DNA of 64,000 nucleotides, taken from the NCBI GenBank assembly GCA_900767385.1, contig CAAFYY010000011.1, forward strand, positions 1,358 to 65,357, in the 5' to 3' direction. This document shows positions 57,086-64,000 of the stretch, one piece after another (the stretch's first letter is position 1; each line of letters opens with the position of its first letter). Under the pieces are notes generated by a model. That model saw only the letters and a list, made by a program, of their open reading frames with translations. It was not told the origin of the DNA and ran no database searches. The position numbers and the translations under genes are program-made. This DNA comes from Bacteroidales bacterium. GTDB taxonomy: Bacteria > Bacteroidota > Bacteroidia > Bacteroidales > Paludibacteraceae.

Positions 57086-58963
57086 CTAGCGGCCCAGCAA
57101 GACAAGCAAAACATTAATATCGCTTGGCGAGACGCCCGGGATGCGACTTGCCTGACCAATGGTGCGGGGTTTGATTTTGGTGAGTTTCTGTCGCGCTTCA
57201 GTAGAGAGCGACTGCAACGCATTATAATCAAAGTCGGGAGAGAGGTTGATGTGCTCCAAGCGATTCAGTTTGTCGGCTATTTCTCTTTCTCTACTGATGT
57301 AACCGGAATATTTTACTGTTATCTCAACTTCCTCGATGACTTCCTCGCGCATGCAATCAGAGAGATTGGAGAGGAGTTCGTTCACCCCTGGAGCAAACGG
57401 CAAGAGGTGGGCTAATGAAATCTGAGGACGAAGTAATATATTATATAGTCTGTCGGAGTGTTGGAGAGTATTGCTTCCCAACGATTCCAAAAGTCCGTTG
57501 ATCACGATGGGTTTGACAGCCGTCTCACGCAGCAACTCGACGATTCTGTCGATAGTAGTTTGTTTTCTGCGATAAGTTTCTATACGCTCTTGGGAGACGA
57601 GACCCAATTCATTGGCTCGTTCAGTCAGACGTTGGTCGGCATTATCCTGGCGCAGTAGTATCCTATACTCTGCTCTGGAGGTAAACATACGATATGGTTC
57701 GTCAACACCTTTAGTGACGAGGTCGTCAATCAAGACGCCAATATATGCTTCATCACGATTCAGTATAAACGGATTTCCACCATGTACGTTGATATGGGCA
57801 TTGATGCCTGCAACGAGACCCTGACCCGCTGCTTCTTCGTAACCGGTGGTGCCGTTGATTTGTCCAGCAAAGAAGAGGTTCTTCAACAGTTTCGTTTCCA
57901 ACGTGTGGTGCAGTTGAGTTGGAATGAAGAAATCATATTCGATGGCATATCCTGGACGATAGATTTCCGCCTTCTCCAAACCAGGAATCTTGTGCAACGC
58001 ATTATATTGAACTTCTATAGGCAACGAAGAGGAAAAACCGTTCAGATAGTATTCCTGAGTGTTCTCACCTTCTGGTTCGAGGAAGAGCTGATGGCGGTCT
58101 TTATCGGCAAAGGTGACGATTTTTGTCTCAATGCTCGGACAGTAACGGGGACCGATACTTTGAATTTGACCATTATATAATGGTGAATCTGCTAAAGATT
58201 GGCGCAATATGTCGTGAACTTCGTTGTTGGTATAGGTAATCCAACAGCTACGTTGTTGTAAAACGCGATGACTACGTTCCAAATAGGAGAATTTATGGAA
58301 GTCCTGATCGCCCTGCTGTTCACCCATGGCCGAGAAATCAATGGTGTTGCCATTGATGCGGACAGGCGTACCGGTCTTCATGCGATCGGTGATGAAACCG
58401 AGCGTTTTCAGCTGTTCGGTGAGTCCGTAGGAAGCAGGTTCGGAGATTCTACCACCCACCACCTGCGTCTTTCCTATATGTAAGAGGCCATTGAGGAAAG
58501 TTCCAGACGTCAGAACACACGATTTAGCACGAAACACAACACCCAACGAGGTGACTACGCCACAAAATTCGCCGTTTTCAACGATGAATTGAGTGACTGT
58601 GTCTTGCCAAATATGGAGGTTTTTTGTAGAATCCAATATCTCGCGCCATTGAATGATGAACTGCTGACGGTCGCTTTGTGAACGGGGACTCCACATAGCA
58701 GGTCCCTTCGAACGGTTGAGCATTCGAAACTGAATAGCTGTGGCGTCGGTCACCAATCCCATCATACCACCCATGGCATCTATTTCACGAACAATCTGAC
58801 CTTTCGCAATACCGCCTACGGCAGGATTACAACTCATCTGGGCAATCTTGTTCATATCCATCGTTATCAGAAGCGTCTTGCTGCCCAAGTTGGCTGCTGC
58901 CGACGCTGCCTCACAACCGGCATGTCCTGCACCTATTACTATGACGTCAAATAAGAATTCCAT
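57086..58963 (-). CDS. mnmG: tRNA uridine-5-carboxymethylaminomethyl modification enzyme MnmG (GidA)
   Basis: FAD motif VIVIGAGHAGCEA, AGQINGTTGYEEAA, and a C-terminal ...GQASRIPGVSPSDI. 625 aa. Confidence 0.95.
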   Translation of the reverse strand: MEFLFDVIVIGAGHAGCEAASAAANLGSKTLLITMDMNKIAQMSCNPAVGGIAKGQIVREIDAMGGMMGLVTDATAIQFRMLNRSKGPAMWSPRSQSDRQQFIIQWREILDSTKNLHIWQDTVTQFIVENGEFCGVVTSLGVVFRAKSCVLTSGTFLNGLLHIGKTQVVGGRISEPASYGLTEQLKTLGFITDRMKTGTPVRINGNTIDFSAMGEQQGDQDFHKFSYLERSHRVLQQRSCWITYTNNEVHDILRQSLADSPLYNGQIQSIGPRYCPSIETKIVTFADKDRHQLFLEPEGENTQEYYLNGFSSSLPIEVQYNALHKIPGLEKAEIYRPGYAIEYDFFIPTQLHHTLETKLLKNLFFAGQINGTTGYEEAAGQGLVAGINAHINVHGGNPFILNRDEAYIGVLIDDLVTKGVDEPYRMFTSRAEYRILLRQDNADQRLTERANELGLVSQERIETYRRKQTTIDRIVELLRETAVKPIVINGLLESLGSNTLQHSDRLYNILLRPQISLAHLLPFAPGVNELLSNLSDCMREEVIEEVEITVKYSGYISREREIADKLNRLEHINLSPDFDYNALQSLSTEARQKLTKIKPRTIGQASRIPGVSPSDINVLLVLLGR

Positions 58964-58984
58964 TATGCCTATAAAAATAACTCA

Positions 58985-58992
58985 CAAAGATA
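58985..58992 (-). promoter_or_regulatory. Bacteroidota -7 promoter box for mnmG
   Basis: The plus strand reads CAAAGATA (TATCTTTG on the minus strand), 22 nt upstream of the mnmG ATG. Confidence 0.5.
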
Positions 58993-59570
58993 CGAAAATA
59001 GTCACGCAACTCGGTTATTACTTAGAAAATATATTAATAACTTATCTATCAGTTGTTTAGAATATATCTGGATAATTATATTTATCTCTTCTTGCCTGTT
59101 ATATGATTCAAAAAAAGAGAGTTGTTGCAATATTGTAAACAAAACAGTAGGAGAGTCAGTAAATATCTTTCAGAATCAGATGACTCCTTCATAATGATCC
59201 TTGGAGATTGAAAAAGGGATGGGGAAAACTTATATAACTTTAGTAATCAATTACTTTAGGAAAATAAAGCTACGAAACAAAGAATTAATCCTTTGAGAAT
59301 GAGAAAGCAAAATCTAAGTTTTTAGAAGATAGAACTGTTGGAAGAGGAAATGTAAAATAATAGGTGAGATAAAGAGGGTAAAGTTATTTATAGCGAGTTG
59401 AATAAGTAAGTCGTTAGTCAATGTTGAAATAAGTGTGATAAGATTGGAAAAACAATAAGAGAAAAAGCAGATAAAAAAGTGGCGGTAAGAATAGCTAAAT
59501 CCAAAAATAATTGCTGATATATAAATCCTGGAAATATCCGCAAAAAGAAAGGTAGAATTTTCAAAAGAAT

Positions 59571-59642
59571 TTTTCCACTATATTTTAAGGAGTAACGAAA
59601 TTAAGAATCAATAATTTATGATGGTTTTCCACAATTTCCACA
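59571..59642 (+). promoter_or_regulatory. cluster of DnaA-box-like 9-mers (TTWTNCACA type)
   Basis: TTTTCCACT (59571-59579), and directly abutting TTTTCCACA (59625-59633) and ATTTCCACA (59634-59642). All are in the same orientation. Confidence 0.4.
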
Positions 59643-59644
59643 CC

Positions 59645-59704
59645 ATTATTATTATGATGATTTTTTGATTTTAAATTTTATAATATAATAAGTATAATAA
59701 TGAT
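59645..59704. other. phased trinucleotide run plus near-pure A/T tract (DNA-unwinding-element-like)
   Basis: ATT ATT ATT ATG ATG ATT (59645-59662), followed by TTTTGATTTTAAATTTTATAATATAATAAGTATAATAATGA. Lies immediately 3' of the box pair. Confidence 0.3.
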
Positions 59705-59864
59705 GCCTTTGAGTGGGGCTTAAATTTTTATGAATAATTTTCAAAACCGAAAAAAGGAGGTACACTACTCTACCCTATGAACGAAAAATTGTTTGCTGGC
59801 TACATCACGAAGCTGCCTTATTCTTTGAATAAGGGAACGCATAAAAAATAGGATGATTGGAAAA

Positions 59865-60848
59865 CTACTCGGTGCAGTTGCGACAGATCTCAATAGAAGA
59901 ACGATTAGCGGCTACTTTTTGTCGAAAATCATTGAATTCATCGCTATTCCAGATGACTGAAAGGGTAGAATCATTGAGGTCTCCTACTGGATAATAAGGT
60001 ACCTTGTCGAAGCAACAAACAGACACCTTTCCGTCGCTGTTGATCACACAACCCTGGTAAATTCTTTGGCAATGGTTGCGCAGCGACTTCTTCAGTTGCC
60101 ACTTCCCATCTCTAAGAACATAACGTGAATACTTCTCTTGAGTAGGAATCAGTTCCGACTTATTCTCATAATTCATTATTTGCGCCGTTTTCACTACAGA
60201 CAAATCGGCGCCTATGGACTTAGCCAATCGTTTGAAATCGCTGATTTGATGTTCGTTGTGGTGAAACACAACCATCTGAAACTCAATTATTGGAAACTTA
60301 GACTTCATCTCTTTCCTCAGTCTAACCAATTCCCTGACATTGTCCAACACAGTCTGCAGTCGGCCCCCTACCCTATAGGTTTCATAAACCTCTTGTGTGG
60401 TGCCGTCAACAGACACGATGAGACGGTCCAGACCGGCTTCAATCAATCGCTTTGAGAGCTCGTGTGTAAGCAATGTGCCATTGGTAGAAATAACAGTTGC
60501 CACCCTACTTTTCCTTGCAAAACTAACCATTTCATCTATATTTTTATTAAGAAACGGTTCGCCCTGAAAGAAAAGCTGTACATCAAAAATATAGTCTTTC
60601 GCCTCATTGATAACCTCTTTGTAGAGATCCATACTAATCGACTTTGACTTTCTCAGCGTTAGGTGAGTTCCGATAGCGCACTCAGGACAAGAGAGATTGC
60701 AGACGCTGCTCGACTCAATGGAAACGAAGCTCGGCATCGTATTTTTAAGTCCTTTTCCAGTCATTTCTGCATAGTAGTTTTGAAGAAAATTTTTGATTTT
60801 CTTCCCACTTACAACTCTTAATAATAGGTTCAAAGTCTTAAAAAACAT
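59865..60848 (-). CDS. radical SAM / SPASM-domain protein
   Basis: CNLSCPEC (CX3CX2C) radical SAM cluster. The Cys-rich C-terminus CQRIYQGCVINSDGKVSVCCFD...CRNC is typical of SPASM/twitch auxiliary clusters. The gene is visibly lower in GC than the surrounding genes. Confidence 0.8.
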   Translation of the reverse strand: MFFKTLNLLLRVVSGKKIKNFLQNYYAEMTGKGLKNTMPSFVSIESSSVCNLSCPECAIGTHLTLRKSKSISMDLYKEVINEAKDYIFDVQLFFQGEPFLNKNIDEMVSFARKSRVATVISTNGTLLTHELSKRLIEAGLDRLIVSVDGTTQEVYETYRVGGRLQTVLDNVRELVRLRKEMKSKFPIIEFQMVVFHHNEHQISDFKRLAKSIGADLSVVKTAQIMNYENKSELIPTQEKYSRYVLRDGKWQLKKSLRNHCQRIYQGCVINSDGKVSVCCFDKVPYYPVGDLNDSTLSVIWNSDEFNDFRQKVAANRSSIEICRNCTE

Positions 60849-60866
60849 CTTGTCTGCTTCTTACTG

Positions 60867-60896
60867 AAATCTTTAATTACTAATAATCAAAGATTT
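60867..60896. promoter_or_regulatory. perfect 8-bp inverted repeat in the rSAM leader / divergent intergenic region
   Basis: AAATCTTT (60867-60874) and AAAGATTT (60889-60896), separated by 14 nt, start 19 nt upstream of the rSAM ATG. Function unknown. Confidence 0.3.
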
Positions 60897-61008
60897 ATCG
60901 AATAAAAAAAAACTATCAAAAAGCGGAGCAAATATAACCTTTTTATACCATCAATTGCGTAATTTTGTACACGTTCTGATAATATAAATTTTTCAAACAT
61001 AAAAAACA

Positions 61009-62721
61009 ATGAAAAAGTCTCATGTATTCTTAGGCACAACCTTGGTTGCTATCATTGCGTTGTTCCTATTTTCTTGCAAAGCTCCACAAGAGTTTATGGA
61101 CACAGTGACTGTAACTCCAAACCCATTGGAGTTGCACGCAGGTAAAGTAGCTTTCCAAATTGAAGGTACTTTCCCAGAGAAATACTTTGATAAAGAGTTA
61201 GTTCTCAAAGTAACTCCTGTTTTGGTTTCAAACACAACAGGCAAACGTTACGAAGGTCCTACCAAAATCTATCAAGGTCAGAAGATCGAAGGCAACGGTA
61301 TCGTAGTTGACTACAAGAAAGGTGGTCGTTACAACCAAACCGTTGAGTTTGTTTATCAACCTGACATGGAATCTTCAGTATTGTTTCTCGAAGCCATCGC
61401 AATCTACAAAGGTGAGGAATATGTTGTTGAAGCAGAAAAAGTTGCCGAAGGTGTAGTTACCACTCCTCTCTTCGTTACCTACGCTCCAGGTGAGCTCTGC
61501 GCTCAAATCATGCCTGACAAATTCCAACGCATCATCGAAGAGCGTCAAGAGGCTGAAATCAAATACCTCATCAACCAATCTAACGTTCGCTCAAGCGAGA
61601 CCAAGACACAAGCTATGGTTGAGTTGACCAAAGCTATCAAGAGCGTTAAAGACGATGCTGCTAAACAAGTTAAGAGCATCGAAATCTCTTCATACGCTTC
61701 TCCTGACGGCGCTGAGGATATCAACGAAAACTTGGCTAAAAACCGCGACAAAGCTTCACAACAATATATTAAAGGTGAGATGAAGAAATTGAAATCTGAC
61801 GTTACCATCAACTCAGAGTTTACCGCTGAGGACTGGAACGGTTTCAAGACTCTCATGGAGAACTCATCTATCCAAGACAAAGACGTTATCTTGAGCGTTC
61901 TCTCACGCTACACCGACCCAGAAGAACGTGAGGCTCAAATCAAGATGCTCTCTTCTGCCTACAAAGAAATCGCTACTGAGATTTTGCCACAACTCCGTCG
62001 TTCACGCATCACCTTGGTAACCGAAATCGTTGGTAAATCAGACGACGAAATCAAGGCTATCTATAAGAAAGATCCTTCAAAACTCACCGTTGACGAACTC
62101 CTCTACGCTGCTACTCTCACCGACGTAGATGCTGAGAAGAAAGCTATCTACGAAGCTGTTATCGCTAACTATCCTAACGACCCACGTGGTTACAACAACC
62201 TCGGCGTTATCTACTTCAGCGAAGGCAACTTCACCGAAGCTGACCGTTACATCAAGAAAGCTTACACCTTGAACCCACAAGATGGTTACGCCAACTACAA
62301 CCAAGCTGTTATGGCTCTCTACCACAACGACGTTGATGCTGCTGAACAATACCTCGGCAAAGCTAACGGCGTAGGCGAAAACATCTACTTGGCAAGTGGT
62401 GTTGTCAACATCATGAAAGGTCGCTACAATGCTGCTGTTTCAAGCTTCGGCAAAACCGTTTCTAACAACGCTGCTTTGGCTTGCATCATGAACAAAGACT
62501 ACATGACTGCTCGCGAAATCCTCGACAACATGAAGAACCCAACAGCTGAAACATGCTATCTCCGTGCTATCGTTGGCGCTCGCACAGACGACCACGTTCT
62601 CTGCTTCGAAAACCTCAAATGCGCAATCAACATGAATAAGAATTACGCTATGAAGGCTGCAAAAGACCAAGAGTTCCGTGAATATTTCAACAACAAAGAA
62701 TTCCAGGAATTGCTCAAGTAA
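61009..62721 (+). CDS. lipoprotein with OmpA-like segment and C-terminal TPR repeats
   Basis: Lipobox LFLFSC; a mid-region IEISSYASPDGAEDINENLAKNRDKA (OmpA-like half-motif); C-terminal TPR-like repeats (GYNNLGVIYFSEGNFTEADRYIKKAYTLNP...). Codon usage is rich in GCT/CGT/GGT/GTT. Confidence 0.65.
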   Translation: MKKSHVFLGTTLVAIIALFLFSCKAPQEFMDTVTVTPNPLELHAGKVAFQIEGTFPEKYFDKELVLKVTPVLVSNTTGKRYEGPTKIYQGQKIEGNGIVVDYKKGGRYNQTVEFVYQPDMESSVLFLEAIAIYKGEEYVVEAEKVAEGVVTTPLFVTYAPGELCAQIMPDKFQRIIEERQEAEIKYLINQSNVRSSETKTQAMVELTKAIKSVKDDAAKQVKSIEISSYASPDGAEDINENLAKNRDKASQQYIKGEMKKLKSDVTINSEFTAEDWNGFKTLMENSSIQDKDVILSVLSRYTDPEEREAQIKMLSSAYKEIATEILPQLRRSRITLVTEIVGKSDDEIKAIYKKDPSKLTVDELLYAATLTDVDAEKKAIYEAVIANYPNDPRGYNNLGVIYFSEGNFTEADRYIKKAYTLNPQDGYANYNQAVMALYHNDVDAAEQYLGKANGVGENIYLASGVVNIMKGRYNAAVSSFGKTVSNNAALACIMNKDYMTAREILDNMKNPTAETCYLRAIVGARTDDHVLCFENLKCAINMNKNYAMKAAKDQEFREYFNNKEFQELLK

Positions 62722-62743
62722 GCAGTAACCGCTCAAAATAGAA

Positions 62744-62775
62744 TAAGCCGGCCAGATGGTCGGCTTATTTTTTTA
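62744..62775 (+). terminator. rho-independent terminator
   Basis: Stem ATAAGCCGGCC / GGTCGGCTTAT with loop AGAT, followed by TTTTTTT. Confidence 0.7.
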
Positions 62776-63039
62776 CCCATTGTGGATGGCGCTCCACTTT
62801 CCATGACAGGAAAATCGTCAGCGCGGTGTTTGGTGGAAAAAATGTGAGTTGTGGCAAAAAATTACGAGAGTCAAGTCGCCGTTGACTTCCTTTTTGCCAA
62901 CTCTACTCTATTTCATAAAAAATCTCATACACTAAAAATATAGTGCAAAAGATTGATAATGACGATATAGAGTAAAAAATAAGGAGTTGAGAATTGAATA
63001 TTCAGAGAATACAGATACCCACTCTACACTTTTTCTCTG

Positions 63040-64000
63040 CTATTTCCACTTGAAAGATCCGAAAATAGCACCGAGAGCTGCCACCACGATATAAAACGGA
63101 TACAGAAGTGCAGCGAGTGGAATGAGAGCGATGAGGTGACGTTGACCAGTTGAAGCGAGAAAATTTTTCAACAACGGGAAATCGGCTGCCAGTTTCGTGA
63201 GGAACATCGCCAAGGCAAAACACAAAAATTTCTCCACATTGAAAAAAGACAATCCGACAGCCACCACCATCATCAACGAAAGGAGGAAGACCAACAGGGC
63301 TACAAAAATGGAAAAACTGTCGGAATAGGCCGTCGTCTTCGAACCCCACCGTTTTCTCTGATTGAAAAACGCACTGACGCTCTTCATTGGTCGGGTCGCC
63401 ACCAGATTCTCCGATTTCATATACATAATCTTCGCGTGCTGCTGTTTCAAATATTGGAGCATAAAGATATCGTCGCCCGACTTCAGCGTCTCCTGAAGGT
63501 GGTTTTTGGCCCTTTCCCAACTATTCCTGGTAAAAGCAAGATTGGCACCATTGCAGAGGAAAGGGGTGTTGGCAAAAGCGGCTGCCGCGCCAGAGGCAAT
63601 GAGACTGGAAAACTCAATGGCTTGTAGCTTTTGGAACAGCGTTGTTGCTGGCGACAGCTTCACGCCACCTAAAATCATGTCGGCATGATATTTTTCTTGA
63701 AATGCTGCGATATCAGACAGATGGGAATAGGGTAGGGTGCAGTCGGCATCCGTACATACGATGAGTGGGGCAGACGACTTATCGACAGCCTCTCTCAGCG
63801 CATTCTTCTTACCGAATCCTTGAGTAGAGAAAGTCGTCACCCTTGGGTCTTTCTCCCCCAACGCCTGAATAATCTCGGGCGTAGCGTCGGTAGAGTGGTC
63901 GTTGGCAATGACAATCTCTGCTGGCTGAAGCGTTTGTCGGCAAATGGAGTCATAGAGATTACGGATATTCTCCTCCTCGTTTCTGCAGCAAACCACCACA
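63040..64000 (-). CDS. family 2 glycosyltransferase with C-terminal TM segments (5' end outside window)
   Basis: The frame is open to the window edge. Has GT-A motifs ...VVCCRNEEENI..., ANDHSTD and TDADC, a QRKRW-type motif (NQRKRWGSK), and then three or four hydrophobic helices. Confidence 0.8.
   Translation of the reverse strand, partial: VVVCCRNEEENIRNLYDSICRQTLQPAEIVIANDHSTDATPEIIQALGEKDPRVTTFSTQGFGKKNALREAVDKSSAPLIVCTDADCTLPYSHLSDIAAFQEKYHADMILGGVKLSPATTLFQKLQAIEFSSLIASGAAAAFANTPFLCNGANLAFTRNSWERAKNHLQETLKSGDDIFMLQYLKQQHAKIMYMKSENLVATRPMKSVSAFFNQRKRWGSKTTAYSDSFSIFVALLVFLLSLMMVVAVGLSFFNVEKFLCFALAMFLTKLAADFPLLKNFLASTGQRHLIALIPLAALLYPFYIVVAALGAIFGSFKWK

Noticed and set aside
59082-59851. 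Small ORFs in the AT-rich gap considered as RiPP precursors for the rSAM/SPASM enzyme. Minus 59082..59192 encodes MKESSDSERYLLTLLLFCLQYCNNSLFLNHITGKKR. Plus 59777..59851 encodes MNEKLFAGYITKLPYSLNKGTHKK. Plus 59220..59297 encodes MGKTYITLVINYFRKIKLRNKELIL. Plus 59618..59668 encodes MMVFHNFHTIIIMMIF.
   Set aside because: In AT-rich DNA such ORFs are expected by chance. None has a promoter box or a sensible position relative to the rSAM gene: they are 0.6 kb away, on the opposite strand, or overlapping the box cluster. None shows a leader/core organisation or a Cys/Gly-rich core. They are worth a Ribo-seq check only.

Overview
This is a core-chromosome window from a Bacteroidota genome, probably Prevotella/Bacteroidales-like. 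The taxon call is an inference from TAnnTTTG -7 promoter boxes in front of many genes, a fused lpxC-fabZ, a T9SS porQ-like gene and the DUF5683/DUF5686 families. No transposase, integrase, rRNA, CRISPR array or recognisable defence system is visible. Gene order: kdsA(3' end)-kdsD; DUF2147; an HD hydrolase followed by lpxD, lpxC/fabZ and lpxA; a lipid kinase; and a dcw cluster (mraZ-rsmH-ftsL-ftsI-murE-mraY-murD-ftsW-murG) that stops abruptly after murG. Next come an OM beta-barrel gene, comM, a clbS-like gene, an MBL-lipoprotein-cdd unit, gcvP, nrdDG, a rhomboid protease and an EEP nuclease. An initiator tRNA-fMet sits at a plus-to-minus strand switch. A long minus-strand run follows: CoA-transferase, aminotransferase, pfkA, ispH, DUF5686, yfcE, lpxL-like, tetR, topB, MTHFS, (coaX on plus), an HhH/beta-barrel pair, cmk, porQ-like, merR, mltD-like, DUF5683, parB, parA, apt and mnmG. 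The window ends with a radical SAM/SPASM gene, a TPR lipoprotein and a GT2 fragment. The most interesting unexplained signals are non-coding: (1) a ~0.87 kb strongly AT-rich ORF-free gap next to mnmG/parAB, with abutting DnaA-box-like 9-mers, a phased trinucleotide run and an A/T tract, which is an oriC candidate; (2) a TTTCC(C)ACA / TGTGG(G)AAAAC motif family that recurs almost only in intergenic DNA, upstream of mraZ and nrdD, in the AT-rich gap and in a tandem array; (3) two tandem-repeat arrays (18.7-19.0 kb and 22.8-22.9 kb); (4) a low-GC orphan rSAM/SPASM gene. All functional readings of these are inference; I could not run any searches or statistics.
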